Source of the DNA: Octopus vulgaris
Taxonomy: Eukaryota
Reading direction: 5' to 3'
DNA length: 64,000 nucleotides
Assembly: GCA_951406725.2 (NCBI GenBank)
Contig: OX597823.1
Location: 113,894,001 to 113,958,000 of the forward strand
Positions 12,400 through 27,034 of the stretch are shown here, one piece after another. The notes beneath the pieces were generated by a model. It made no database searches, had not been told where the DNA came from, and worked only from the letters and a program-made list of their open reading frames with translations. The stretch's first letter is position 1, and each line of letters begins with the position of its first letter. The position numbers and the translations under genes were made by a program.

Positions 12400-12990
12400 G
12401 TCTGGATTAATGCCGCCGACTGTGGTGACTGCATATTTTCAAACTGGTGGCGGATCTTGAGGCAATGCATGCCACTAATTAAAGAAGGATGGGTCTGCAA
12501 ATCGGGTGAAATACTGGCACAGGCTAAAATAACTAAAGTTCTACTTCCGACAGAGGTGTGAAAATATGCAGTGATATACATAAGGAAGATCTTGGAAGGT
12601 CTAGGTCCTAACTTTAGAACTGGAAGCTGTACCGGCGACCGAACTGGATAGCACTGTCTTGTACTAAAGATCCTGTTCTCTAAACTTCGAATGAGGTCCC
12701 AAGACTTTAACAGTTTGAGATTCAGGGGTCCACGTCTACTCAACATACTGCCAAGCAAACTCAGAGATTTGTGAGGTATAGATGCGAAGGGTTTCAAAGT
12801 GCACCTTGAAAATGTTCTATATGAAATAACAGATGAACTCATATCGCGGCAGGAAGCACGAAGATGAGCGGCTCCATCCAACTTCTTCATCGAAAGCAAT
12901 ACGGAAAAGAGGCCAAAACACACTAAAAGCGGGTGCTCCAGCATGGTCACACCCTCTGACTGAAACCAGCAAAATATAAAAAATAACATA
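12400..12990 (+). mobile_element. CR1/L2-group LINE 3' fragment (ORF2 C-terminus plus tail)
   Basis: Plus frame KYAVIYIRKILEGLGPNF..RTG*HC..NSLRFRGPRLLNILPSKLRDL*G..FKVHLENVL..ITDEL..R*AAPSN, then ggtgctccagcatggtcacaccctctgactgaaac and an A-rich tail. Confidence 0.8.
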
Positions 12991-12997
12991 AAAGGTA

Positions 12998-13048
<51 letters not shown>

Positions 13049-13632
13049 GTAATATGTATATATGTATATAAATGTATGTATATATGTATATATATATATG
13101 TATACATGTATATATGTATATATATATATATATATGTATGTATTTATGTATGTATGTAAGTATGTATGTATATATTTATGTATGTATATATTTATATATA
13201 TATATATATATAATCCATTTACAGAATCCTGTATATCGTAGCCATCCTACTGTATTTCATTTTTTAAATTTTTCCCCAGAGCGTACATTTATCTACTAAA
13301 TTCAGCAGTATACCTCCTGTACATAATCGAAAATAATAAATAGATTTAGATATAAAAACATCATTTGAAGTAGAATCTATATAACGGTTTTGTAAACTCT
13401 CCAGGCGTTTTTCCCTAACCACAGTGAAAGCTAACTCCGATACCTTTCTCATTTTTTAACGCTATATTCTTGTCATGAGTAGCCATAATGCGGTGTTTTT
13501 ATATCCTGGTTTCATATCGTATTCACTTTTATTACTTCCTTCAAGGTGTATTCGACGGTCACTTAGCCAATCCAGCGTGAAAAACACATGCTTGCAGTGC
13601 CCTTAAGGTATATCTGCTTTTGAATACTAATA

Positions 13633-13634
<2 letters not shown>

Positions 13635-13705
<71 letters not shown>

Positions 13706-13767
13706 CAACAACAACAACAACAACAACAAAAATAGCGACAGTAACAACAACAGCAGCAACAACAACG
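13635..13767 (+). repeat. (AAT)n-(AAC)n compound microsatellite
   Basis: Seen directly. Confidence 0.95.
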
Positions 13768-13988
13768 AAGATAAGATCGGTGCAACATATATATTAGATT
13801 TTCGCTTTTCATATCAGCAGAAATTTATTTTTATTTTCATCAAATTCCATCATATTTTGCATCAAGTTTTATTGCGCAGTTCTGTTAAGTAAAAATGTAT
13901 ATATGGCTTCATATAATGTATATGTTTGTATATATGAGAGAGCAGTGAATGTACGTATGTATGTAGATATATGTATGTGTGTGTTCGT

Positions 13989-14037
<49 letters not shown>

Positions 14038-14119
14038 AAACGGACATGCCCACGAACACAGCTAATACGATATGTCTTGAGGTTTAGATTCACGTATTTA
14101 ATGGAGTTATATATATACA

Positions 14120-14173
<54 letters not shown>

Positions 14174-14996
14174 TCCCTAATAATTTTAGATATAATGAAC
14201 CAAGATGTGAATGATGCTAAATACTTTAAATCACGTGTTATCTCAAATATTGTTGGGCAGTGAGCCGAACAGGATTCGTCTTCGAAAGTTATTGTTCTTT
14301 TCGTGCCTATGTTCTTGTGACGTTGTGCGGTTGTGCGGCTGATGTTGTTTTGCGGTTGGTGGTGTTATTTTCTTTCTTTTTCTTTTTTTATTCTTGTGTT
14401 GCAAATTAGTTTTCAACCAGCAAGTCTATCATATAAAGTGTTCGCAAAAACATATTTTTTACAGCACGCATCTAGGAGGAACATAATCAAATTTATCTTT
14501 CCTTATTTGAGGTGGTGCGCTGTGATTTGGCCCTTTGGATGATCTCTGTCCTTTGATATATTGACTAAAGTGTCACTTTCAGAAGTAACCACCGTGTGAT
14601 AAGGAAGTAATAAATGTGTCAACGTTCTACGAATTGAAGAATATTATAGAAACTCAAGAAAATTAATAACATACTTTCTTTCATACCGCTATGTTCTGAG
14701 TTCAAATACTTGCTGAAGAAACTTCATTTGCCGCAGAGAACAAAAAGAACGCCATAGCAATAGTCTAATGCTCTATTTCTCGTCACCGAAAGATAAACTT
14801 TTTTTATGTAGATTTTACTATGTTATCCTACTGAATTATTAAATTAAACAATTATCTATTTTTTATATCACTCTTTTCAATATACATACTATGCAACTTG
14901 TTAAATGCATGTCATTTGTGTGGATATAGAAATTGTAAACGAACAGGAACTGAATGTTTCTTTTAAACAAGATGATGATAGACACATACAAGAATG

Positions 14997-15517
14997 CAAT
15001 AATCATTCGCCATATCGCGGTTCACCTATCGCGCCCTCAGTACGTCGCGGGTTTTTCTGGCTAATATATGTAAATTTATATCGCGGACTCCTCAGTGTAT
15101 CATAGGTTTCTGCCGCCGATAGGTATTTATATTTGTTTTATATTTTCATTTTGTTTTATATTTTGATTATTTCTCTGGTAAAATAAGCATTTTCACGCCT
15201 AAAAATATATAAATGAATCAATAGAAACGAAGTACAGTACTGCACTCTATAACACATTAATTTAGGTATACTAAAAGAAAATACGTAGTGTACCGTAGAT
15301 GAGTAAACAAGTAAACAAAGAATCACACATACGGTAGGGTAAACGAAACGCGGGAGGTGAGTGTGTGGTGTTGTTTTCTATTTATAATAAAATAAGTATA
15401 TAAAAATTATAGAGATTGCAAAAAATATATATATACACTACTGTTTCTACTTTTCAGATTTCCATTTATTGCGAGGGGATTTGGAACGTAACACCCACGA
15501 TAGTCGAGGGAATACTG
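14997..15517. mobile_element. pogo/Tigger-like MITE, about 520 bp
   Basis: Right end reverse complement TA-CAGTATTCCCTCGACTATCG; decayed left end caataatcattcgccatatcgcgg. Subterminal atcgcg motifs, AT-rich interior. Confidence 0.7.
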
Positions 15518-15728
15518 TAATCTCATAGAAAAAAATTGATAGGTAACAGTTATCTCATCAAGCCTGGGCCATGAAACACATGGGCTCCATCATCGAAATA
15601 AAACGTTCTGGAGAGTTAAACTCCAGGGATTTAGAAACCACTGAGAGCAGAAACCTTTATCTTTACTAATCATTTATCATAAAATGAGGTTATAGGCGCT
15701 TTGCTGGACATTAAAAACGTTATGTATA

Positions 15729-16146
15729 GGCGCAGGAGTGACTGTGTGGTAAGTAGCTTGATAACCAACCACATTGTTCCGGGTTCAGTCCCACTGCGTG
15801 GCATCTTGGGCAAGTGTCTTCTGCTATAGCCCCGGGCCGACCAATGCCTTGTGAGTGGATTTGGTAGGCAGAAACTGAAAGAAGCCTGTCGTACATATGT
15901 ATTTATATATATGTATGTGTGTGTATGTGTTTGTGTGTCTGTGTTTGTCCCCCTAGCATTGCTTGACAACCGATGCTGGTGTGTTTACGTCCCTGTCACT
16001 TAGCGGTTCGGCAAAAGAGACTGATAGAATAAGTACTGGGCTTACAAAGAATAAGTCCCGGGGTCGATTTGCACGACTAAATGCGGTGCTCCAGCATGGC
16101 CGCAGTCAAATGACTGAAACAAGTAAAAGAGTAAAAGGAGTAAGAG
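15729..16146 (+). mobile_element. SINE family B, full length
   Basis: tRNA-like head ggcgcaggagtg.ctgtgtggtaag...gggttcagtccc, CORE-like tggca.cttgggcaagtgtctt, internal (TA/TG)n, LINE-like tail ggtgctccagcatggccgcagtcaaatgactgaaac-(agtaaaag)n. Copies at 36357, 48706 and 59892. Confidence 0.9.
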
Positions 16147-16435
16147 TTATATTATTATTCACCAGCGACAGTTATCTTGTATCAATAATAATAAATATTA
16201 ATAAATATAGCAATATTATTCTTCGGGGGTTTGGTTTCTTGAAGGTACACATTCCATGTTGGAACTGAGAAAAGCTATCTGCCAAAAAAATCTCCTTGCC
16301 GGAGGATTATTGTAAGACAAAGAAACTGAATTAAGGGACAAGTGTTTGTAGGTGTCTATTTTTGATGTGAAGACAATGAAATAGAACAATAAAGAAGTTA
16401 AACGAAGAAATATACAAATATTGACCATGAGCAAG

Positions 16436-16890
16436 TATTACGTCCTCCGATGGCTTTTTTTGTTTTCAATTGCATGGAATAAATGTCGGAATGGAACGGG
16501 ATAAACTACCTGCATCAACTTTCTATAAAGCAGGTAGTAATTTCTCCTTGTTACTTATTCTTAGTGGAAGTTCTGAAGAGTGCAGTTCGATTTTAACAGC
16601 TATTTTTCCAAAGCTATAATGGAAGTGACAAAGAAGCATATTCAGCCTATCTTTCTTTATGAGTACAATAAAGGCAACAAGGGGGATCGGACAATAAGCA
16701 TAAGCCAGTGTCAGCAGTGGTTCCAGAAATTCCGAGCCAGAAACCACTGTCTAGAAGACGAGTATCGTCCTAGAAGATCTGTAGAGCTCGAAGAGGACAT
16801 TCTGCAAACCCTGGCGGAACAAAATCCCATCGTAACTGTTGAGGAACCAGCAGAGAAGCGGAGATTTGGTCATTCAACCATTCATACCTG
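16436..16890 (+). mobile_element. mariner 5' fragment (N-terminal HTH domains, ATG at 16619)
   Basis: MEVTKKHIQPIFLYEYNKGN..CQQWFQKFRARNHCLEDEYRPRR..EQNPIVTVEE matches mariner WF.KFR.G...LED..R.GRP. Decayed TIR-like tattacgtcctccgat. Confidence 0.85.
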
Positions 16891-17464
16891 TAGCAAATAT
16901 AAGAGCATCTAACTGCACGGTAGATGTTACCACAATGGACATGTGAAAAGTCAAGCGATATCCGCACCTGGAGATTTTTTGTTTTCTAAATGTAGAAAGG
17001 CCTTGCACAGGCCCAATCTCTAAACACAGTAGGCAATTCTACGAAAGGAATAACATATTTAGATGTAAACGAGGTCCTAGATGTTGCATCATAATTTTCA
17101 TTCTGCAAGAGAGATGTTTAAACAAAGGCTACCGGTCTGTCACTCGCAGTAATTGGATGAGCGTCGACCCTTTTGAAAGGATTTCATCTTTTTGTTCTCC
17201 GAGGTGTCCAACTAAACCAATCCACCTTACCAAGAAGGCTTGGAGGTATTGTCAGTTTAGTTACCGACACATCGGCTATGCCACAGGTTGGACCAGATGA
17301 CATGTTGCCACCAGCACTAAGAGTGGCATCTATACACCCCCACATACATACATGCATGCATGCATACATACATACATATATACATACATAATGCATACAT
17401 GATACATACATACATATAGGTATGTAAGGTATGTAATACATACATACTTATAGGTAGTGAATAG

Positions 17465-17815
17465 CGATTTTCTTCACTACTTCAGAGAGTGACGACCCTG
17501 CCTGACACGAGTCCCGGGCTCAGCTAGCTCTGGCTGACAGTACTCGGTATGGGCCCCAATCCAGGGTTACGGAAAGAAATCCGGAGTGGAGCCCCGTAGG
17601 CAGTTTAATGTTCGACTCGACACTCTTTCGGCAGCTCCTGCAACCAAGCTGGTGTCAAACCTAATGCTCTGCACTCCCTTCGACTACGTCAAGAAGGTCG
17701 AGAGAGGAATCCTGACGATTGGGCTACCCAGGATTTTCTTACATCTAGCCCGGGCCTGCGCAAAATTGGAGAGGAAACTGGAGAGGACATGAAATGTAAA
17801 AACCAGACAAGATTA
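17465..17815 (+). mobile_element. GC-rich unclassified repeat, possibly the 5' UTR of an RTE-group LINE
   Basis: Sharp GC-rich island between (CATA)n tracts. The motif ggcagctcctgca.ccaagctggtg.caaac resembles RTE-type 5' UTRs from memory only. Confidence 0.35.
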
Positions 17816-18210
17816 GTTTATGCGCAACTCCATTGTCTCCCAAGACAAAAGGATGCCAAAAACATACATAATTATATATGTCCATACATGCATACATACA
17901 TAAATTCATACACATATATTTACATACATGCATTATAAATATTTAAGTACAGCTTTCTACTAGAATTGCCCTCTAATTTCTCATGCGTCACTCGCTCACC
18001 TGAGAAGAGGTAGCAGACCAACGTAACAGCCACCACATAAACAATTCAAAGAGAATCCTCATGCTTTCATTCATTTATGTTCTGACACACTTCCATACAA
18101 ACAAGTATTCAGACATACATATAATTTAGTTGGTCACATACAAACACGCGAGGATTTGTGTGTGATGCTGTGTATTTGTGTGTGTTTATATATACGCATA
18201 TGCGTGTGCC

Positions 18211-18242
<32 letters not shown>

Positions 18243-19404
18243 ATTTCAGTGATATACAGATATGTACATCCAGATATGTAAGAAAAGAAGTCGAACATGT
18301 GGGTCCTTTTTCAGACGTTGAGGACAAATTAGTTGCAAATAATAATGCATAGAGGGACAGTTTGTATGAATAAATGAATAACATGTCAATCAAATCGACC
18401 ACAATGAAAACCAACGGTAGAAAGTGGATATGCATTAAAAATAACAATGAAATAAAGAAAAACGTAAAGTACAACTGGAAAAGAAGTGAGTACCACATCA
18501 TAAATATTGCAGTTGTTATTGCTATTGTTATTGCAATTTGCTCTAAAATATATTTCCTTTCACATTATAGTATATGCACACACAGACACACATTTATGCA
18601 TGCATATATATATATGTGTGTCTGTGTGAGCACATACATATGTACATATATAGAAACACGTTTATATTTATATATGCATGTTTGTAAACAAATATATATA
18701 TATTAATAACGTTGATTTCCTTCGGTAGGACGATGTAATAACGTTGATGATGATGATGATGATTATGATGATATGATGACGACGACGACGCCGAAGACGG
18801 GGTTGATGGCCACGATGATGAGTCGATGGTGCTGACAATGACATTTTTATGGAAACATATGAATTTGTTGACGGTGAATATTTTATGAAGATTTTGACAA
18901 GTCGAAACATGTCGGAAATTGTGAATGTGGAAGATAATTAGAAATTATATATAAAAATAATGAATAAAATATTTTTGAAACATAAATATATGAACTCAAA
19001 TCATGGACAAATAGCTTATATATTTCGTCATTATATCAAATCTTTATTACATCTCTCTCCCCCCACCCTTGCAAATTATACTTTTAGCTGAATCCAAATA
19101 TGAACGTTCCACAATGACTGAAAAACATTTCAGTTAGTTACATCTTATAATCTGATCATTAAGGTGTTTATGAGTTCAGGCATTTCATTTCGCGTAATTT
19201 GAACATTCTGGATGTTATTCCGATGTCGTGGATTTTAGGGGATCCGTGTCACTTTGTAAGGTTTCAGAGGTGTTGCTTTTGCGATTTATATTCAGTTATT
19301 TATGAATCTTCACAACCATATTTACTCATTTTCATTGTTATTTCTATTAATTCGTCTGTTCATATATTCAGGCATTTATATATATATATAATCGTGATGT
19401 AAAA

Positions 19405-19615
19405 TTAAATAAGGGTAGAAATTGATATTAATCAATTAAAACCATTGGCCTAGCATATTTTTAAAAAATCCGAAGATTAAAAATTTTATACATACAAAAT
19501 TTAGAGGAATGACCACTATCAAGAACACATTCTTCGTGGTAAATGGCGAGTTTGACGTCTATATCTAGCATACAGGCTGTCCAGTATTAGTGGTCATTCC
19601 TCTAAATTTTGTAGT
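19405..19615. repeat. Short element of the 4885 family with ~26-bp inverted arms
   Basis: tacaaaatttagaggaatgaccacta (about 19493-19518) is inverted at about 19588-19613. Shares aagggtagaaattgata and tttgacgtctatatctagcat with 4885-5200. Confidence 0.75.
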
Positions 19616-19728
19616 TTTATATATATATATAACGGGAAGCTTTATGAAAATAAACAAAGGACGAAGGCAGGTGGAATACAAACAAACAATTGTATTAGTA
19701 TGGCGTTCAGGAATATAAATAAAAAAAG

Positions 19729-19766
19729 TCTTTTACGTTTCGAGCCTACGCTCTTCAACAGAAAGA
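19729..19766 (-). ncRNA. Minimal type-I hammerhead motif, one core substitution (A6U)
   Basis: Reverse complement tcttt-CTGTTGA-a-GAGC gtag GCTC-GAAA-CG-TA-aaaga. Perfect 5-bp stem I, palindromic ACGT stem III. Confidence 0.7.
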
Positions 19767-19856
19767 TACACAGAAAAGAAACACGGAGAGAAACAAGGAG
19801 AGAAAAAAAAAGGAGAGAGAAAAAATTGCGCGCAGAAGCTAGCGAATCAACATGGC

Positions 19857-20093
<237 letters not shown>

Positions 20094-21146
20094 TGGTAGT
20101 TCTCACACACACTCATAAGGTGTGTAATTGATTTGGGTCTGCAATGATGAAATATGTTGTATTTTATTTTAATGCTCGTAATATTCTTATTAATATTTCA
20201 GTAGACATATTTAATTATTTGGAAGTGGGGAGGTTCTGCAACAGGAAAAAGCGTAATAAAAATCTATTAATTGGATTCAGTAGATTAGTTTTTCAGGGTG
20301 AACGGAAATATTTGGCGTCTTAGACACAGAACCTTGACCGGAATAATCGTGATTTAATCGATTATTATTAGATGAGAATGCTTGTGAAAGAAGAGTTCGG
20401 CCAGTACATCAGGCTGGAAACCGGAGATCTAAGGAGGATAAGTCGTCTTGAATATCTGACGAGGACATTTCGCGGAAAAGGAACCCTTACATTTACCTTG
20501 AAAGATATGTCATAACTCTATCCTGGTGACCGAAAGTTGTTTCATTTGGCAAAGTTTCTTTCGAAAGCCTCGTCTGAAAATGTTGAAACTTTTCACGTCA
20601 CACCGTAACTATTTTTCTTCATTCGTGTGCAGATTCCAAGTGTGGAGAATCATTACGAAGCAGTTACAAGCATTATGACGTATAAAAAAAAAAAAAAAAA
20701 TCTCGCTACAGGGTCCATCGAAATGGTATTAAATAACACCGGATTCTAATTCGCATCCATTTAGTTTTACGAAGACAAAGAATCATTTAATACAGTACCA
20801 TATTTCTCTAAAAGTAGAATGATCAGCTTCGAATGCTTGCGTTCCATCAATCATTACAAAATGCTAAACGTTACCATAAACAGAAATCATTAAAATGTAC
20901 ATGAGTACCGAAAGAAAAAATATACCTGAGTAATGTGGATTCGTTTTAACATTTGTATTACTTAATGAGCATTGCTCCGTCAGTGCCCACCACACTATAT
21001 GGATTCTTTGAACAGTTTTTGTGATACTATAGGTAAAGATGTTGCTATTCCCTAAATCGAACTGCCATCATTTTTGGAGATATAAATAGAGAAATAAGGG
21101 GAGATGGGGGGAGAGCTCAGTTTAACCAATTCTAAGTGAGAGGGAG

Positions 21147-21362
21147 TGTTGTTGTTGTTGTTGTTGTTAAGCAACAAGATGGCTAAGGGTGATTAGGTGA
21201 TGGTCTAGGGCTTAGGGACGGGAGATCCCAGACCTTGGAAAAAAAAACTTTGGTGATCTTGTTGTAGTCGAGGGTTCTTCGTTGACGCCCGACACCACTG
21301 GGATGTAGCCCTAGAAGTCGCTGGAAATGAAGATCTCCAGGTCCAAATTCTTGAACGGCTGA
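21147..21362 (-). mobile_element. Possible LINE 3' end with an (AAC)n tail
   Basis: GC-rich block ending in (AAC)n on the minus strand. No diagnostic protein motif recognised. Confidence 0.3.
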
Positions 21363-22007
21363 GAGAGAGTGTGACAAACAGAGGCAGAGATAGAAAAGGA
21401 AGGAGAAATGGAATCCAGTAATTAATCGGCTCTTCATTTATCTACAACTGGTAGATGAAGAGTAAATTTGAACTCAGAGCACAAAATGACGGAACAAATT
21501 TACAGCCAACAGATTCACCTGTGAATATGTTTCCTCTGATATATTATAGAACAATACATACCACTGAAATACTGGTTATTCAAAACAGAATAGTTTCGTA
21601 TTTAAAACATCTAAAGGGCTAGGTGTTTGAATAAATTAGCAACTGAAATATCTCAAAAAGTCTGTCGTTATATTTCGTCAAAATTTGACCCGAATATGGT
21701 AAACACCTGGGATTCTATCTCCTGCTATTTCCTGGACACGTAAAAATAAATAACGAAGTTTTACGTTCCTAGTCAGCTGGAGTCAGTTTTATTTTTAAAT
21801 ACATGGACACCTGAATGTGTGGTGTGTTTCTTCAATTTCAGTCCTGTCAACCTTGCTAACGGACTCTATACGAAACGTAGGATTCTCCACTCCCCAGAAC
21901 AAATTCACCGTAGAATTTTTGTTGATTTTACAAATTAGCAAGTTCTATTAGCGCAGTTTACCACCACTCTGTGTGGATCCCATTTATCGTTTATAGATAT
22001 GTGTGTG

Positions 22008-22056
<49 letters not shown>

Positions 22057-22064
22057 TATATGTG

Positions 22065-22126
<62 letters not shown>

Positions 22127-22175
22127 CTCGGAGTTTTATCCTGGCTACCGAATAATTATCACACGTATTTACAGT

Positions 22176-22255
<80 letters not shown>

Positions 22256-22551
22256 AATGTATATATTCACAGCTTTTTTATTATCGAAAGATGAAGGTAC
22301 TGAAAATCCGGTGCTACACGGAGTGTTACGAATACTTTTGCACCGAGTCGCACATAGCATTCATTGTCATTCAAAAACCTTTGAAATTTAGTAAAGCGGT
22401 GACTGTCTGCTTGAAAACTTGTAAACAAGAACGCCATATTGCAGTAGCTGCGATATAAAATAATCATAAAAATCATGTGTGTATTTATGTGTGTGTGTGT
22501 GTATGTTTGTGTATGTGTGCGTGTGTGTATCGAGGCCGAAGGGCTCTGCGA

Positions 22552-22615
<64 letters not shown>

Positions 22616-23809
22616 AGAAGGCCTCGAACGTATTCGAACCTAGAAATTACCACAATTTAACATAATACAATAAAAATAGGAAGAAATATAATTTAAATGG
22701 TATGAATGATAACATTATTATGATGAAGATAATGATGATGTTGATGATGATGATATTTTTCTGTCCAATTGTATCTGTCAATTGATAGTCATAAGAATAG
22801 TAAGCAATTGAGAAACAACAAAAGGATTTGTAAGCACATGACAAGTAATTCATCATTGGAGGGATAACTAGGAAAGAGGTATACTTCAAAACAACCGACA
22901 GAATGGCTGGCAGCAAGGAAATTATGTATTTATATTGGAATATATTCTGAAGTAAATTTAACTAGATTCAACTGGATACACGTATGTGGGCTTTTGTGAG
23001 AAGTTACTTTGTTTGAAACACACACACACAGAGCATACGTGCGTATGTGTGTAAATGTGTGCATGTAGTTGAGTGTGTATGTATGTTATATATGTGTGTG
23101 TATATGTGTATAGAGAGAGAGGGGGGGAGAGAAATGGAGGAAAGAGAGGAGGACAGGGAGAGAGAAAATAAAAAGTTGATTTGTGTGTATATATATATTT
23201 GCATGTACATACTACAAACATACACATAGAAACGCATATGTAACATGAAATAAACTACAGAATTATGGAAAAGAAGAGATTTCAATTTTACCAATAGAAG
23301 CGTATGTAACTATTTTATTCATCTTTCACATTCCTCCCCTATATATATATATATATATCTGTAAATCATTCAATATATATGTGCGTGTACGTATGTATAT
23401 ATGTATGTATATATGTGCCTATGTACATATATGGAAATGTAGATATGCATGTTATTATGTATGTTTGTGCTTGTATCGAACCCCAGTAGAACTCAAGTTG
23501 CGTGTGAAGAAGTCTGATAGAGATGGTGAAATTTTTTTTATTTTTTGTCAAATTTCAACCGGTTTGCTATAAAATTTAAAGTCTCCTGAGTTTTATATGC
23601 AAGAAAAATTCATGAGAATTTGACTGCGTCAATATATCATTTACTCCAAACATGACATACAAAATAAATGAACGTATGTATAGAAAAGAATTCCGTTGTA
23701 TGAAAGGAAGGCATTTTCAATATGTCTATATGTATTGTACGTATGTCTGTGTGTGCCTCTATTTACGAGTTCATATATGTATACATATGTATGTATGTAT
23801 GTATGTAAG

Positions 23810-23862
<53 letters not shown>

Positions 23863-23877
23863 AAATATATATATATA

Positions 23878-23919
<42 letters not shown>

Positions 23920-24974
23920 TATATATATAAATATATATATATAAGTATATATATATATGTATATATGTATGAGTGAATGAATGAATTAATGAACACGCGT
24001 ATGTTTGTGTGAATGTATATAAACATATGTGTATAAACGTATGTGAATATTTGGCCCAAAATTTGTGTGTATACGTATATGTTTATCAATAAACTTGGCA
24101 TGAATTTGTTTCTAAGTTTTCCCCTCTTAAATCACCTGGTTTACGTCGTACTTAAAGTCTACGATATACATATGTATGTTGTTTTGTGACTAAAGAATTT
24201 TCCAACATACGATCTCATAAATAAATATGCAGTAGAAAAAATGTACATGCAATGCACATATTTGGACATCATTCTCTGCTTCTTCATACATACTTGCACA
24301 TTCATACATATTCACAGATTGTAGACTCATATATCACCATTTACATTGCGTGAACATGTTTTGATGTATTGGAAAAAGAACGGAAATCGCTGGAGTATTT
24401 GGTTCAGAGCTGCAAAGCAATTCAAAGAGATAGTAAGTTATATATATATATATATATAAATAAAAGAGTGGTTAGGTGTAAGAGTGTGTTGTGTGCGTGT
24501 GTGCGTGTATGTGTTCGTGTGTGTCCGTATGCGTTTGTATGAAAGAGTGTACCATGTGTGTGCATGTGTCTGTGGGTGTGAGTGTGTGTATATCTCTCTG
24601 TGTCTATATATGCGTTACATGTGAGTGTTTCTATGCATATATGCCTGAGATGGCTAGAGTTCAAACAAATATAGACATAGAGAAACTATGCGAATGGTAC
24701 ATCATCATTCCATACCTAAACACAGGCTCGCGCGCACGCACACGCACATATTCACATATGCATGAATACATACAAAGATATTTCCTGTACATCACCATAT
24801 ATAATACAAATGCGCATGTCTGACAACCTACATACGCACACACACAAGACGTATATATATATATATATATATATATGCGTGTGTATATATTCGTATCAAG
24901 ATCTTTGTATGTATATATATGCATAGACATATATACATATATATACTTATACATATATACATATATATATATAT

Positions 24975-25040
<66 letters not shown>

Positions 25041-25200
25041 ACAAATATAAATATATATATATATATATACAAACATATATGCGTGTGTATATATTCGTAT
25101 CTAGATCTTTGTACGTATATATGCATACATATATATACATATATATACTTAGAAATATACACATATATATATATAGAGAGAGAGATAAATAGATAGATAA

Positions 25201-25295
<95 letters not shown>

Positions 25296-25680
25296 TCATG
25301 TATGTATGCGTGTATTTGTATTTCTATAAACGTAATAAATATATCACGGGTATGAATTTAAACAGTAATGTTTACACATGTTTACGGAAAAGACCATTCT
25401 AAATGCATAAAGGCAACAGTGCACGCTATATGCAACCATAATCAAGAACTTTGTCTTCACAGAGCTCAATATACTATCGATGTATCTGTAGTTCATGCAT
25501 ATATTTATAACTATTAAAATTGGTGTCTCTCTCCCAATCCACCTACATTCCTCCTCAACGATCTAAAATCATTTGTCTATATCATTAGATTCTTATATCT
25601 ATGTGTGTCTGTGTGTCCATATGTAAGTGTGTGAATAAACACATGTACACGAGCGCACGCACTTCCATACACATACAGAT

Positions 25681-25925
25681 AGCGTAGCTGTGTGGTAATT
25701 ATTTTGCTTCCCAACCTCATAGATACGGATTCAGTCCCACTGAATGGCACCTTGGGCAGGCATTTTCTACCATAGTCCTTTGCGTGGATTTGGTTGTGGG
25801 AAACTGAAAGTAACCTGTTGTATATACATGTGTGTGTATTCGTGTGTGTGTTTGTATGTGTGTGTGAATGTGTGTGTGTCTATCTGTCTGTGTCTTTGTG
25901 TTTATGATTGTCCCCCATTGCTTGT
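25681..25925 (+). mobile_element. SINE family B, old degenerate copy
   Basis: gtagctgtgtggtaa...ttcagtcccactg..tggcaccttgggcag...gtggatttggt...aaactgaa. Confidence 0.75.
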
Positions 25926-26028
25926 CCTCAAGGCAAACTCTATGAATGAGTGTGCATGCGTGTGTGCTTGTGTTTGCGAAAGGATGTATTTATCTTTGCA
26001 AAAGTGTTACACGCACCTATGCAGGTAA

Positions 26029-26065
<37 letters not shown>

Positions 26066-26391
26066 GCCAGAAAACGAAGACAAATCTCAAAAAGACGACG
26101 TGAAAGCATAACAGAATGTATTGGTTTTTACGCTCAGGTGAAAATGGATGAAATCATTAACGTTTCGAGCGAAGGCTGTTCTACGGGAAGGGTAGAACGA
26201 ATAAAATAGAAATAATATAAAACAGGTGCAAATTAAGCGGTCAAAGCCTGCCGAAAAACCAGAAATGGAAGAAGTATACTTCAGACATGGATGACAAGAG
26301 ACAGAACCGTCTTTTACCTGGAATATGTCCGTCTGTATGTAAGCACTAGCGTTTATTTGAAGCTGATATGTCCGAGTGTATATGTAGGTAT

Positions 26392-26764
26392 GTGGAGGCG
26401 CAATGGCCCAGTGGTTAGGGCAGCGGACTCGCGGTCATAGGATCGCAGTTTCGATTCCAAGACCGGGCGTTGTGAGTGTTTATTGAGCGAAAACACCTGA
26501 AGCTCCACGAAGCTCCGGCAGGGGATGGTGGTGATCCCTGCTGTACTCTTTCACCAAAACTTTCTCTCACTCTTACTTCCTGTTTCTGTTGTACCTGTAT
26601 TTCAAAGGGCCGGCCTTGACACTTTCTGTGTCACGCTGAATATCCCCGAGAACTACGTTAAGGGTACACGTGTCTGTGGAGTGCTCAGCCAATTACACGT
26701 TAATTTCACGAGCAGGATCAACCGGAAGCCTCATCGTCGTAAACGACGAAGTGCTTCAAGAAAT
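26392..26764 (+). mobile_element. SINE family C (tRNA-derived)
   Basis: Head gtggaggcgcaatggcccagtggttagggcagcggactcgcggtc...gtttcgattcc has A and B boxes. Body shared with 33168-33456. Confidence 0.85.
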
Positions 26765-26810
26765 ATGTAGGTATGGGCGCGTGTACTATGTGTTAGCAGG
26801 TGCGCCTGTG

Positions 26811-26873
<63 letters not shown>

Positions 26874-27034
26874 GTATGTATATTTGGGGATAACCACTAG
26901 GTGGATAACCAATATGCTAGAAGAAGGTGACATACGATCTAACTACAAAGAAAAGAATGTTTTCTAGAGAAATTTAGCAAACATCAGAACATAAGCGGGT
27001 AAGACAGATGAAAATATATAAAAATTAAGAATTA

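Noticed and set aside
12375-12989. 204-aa minus-strand ORF
   Set aside because: It is antisense to a decayed LINE ORF2 on the plus strand and has no protein features of its own.
20456-20486. CTGACGA...GAAA as a hammerhead
   Set aside because: Stem II does not pair, and there is no NUH with a matching stem I.
24870-25165. About 90-bp direct repeat at roughly 205-bp spacing
   Set aside because: It lies within degenerate (TA/CA)n and is best explained as a local slippage duplication.
26392-26468. tRNA-like sequences here and at other SINE heads
   Set aside because: They run directly into SINE bodies and lack a complete cloverleaf; not called as tRNA genes.
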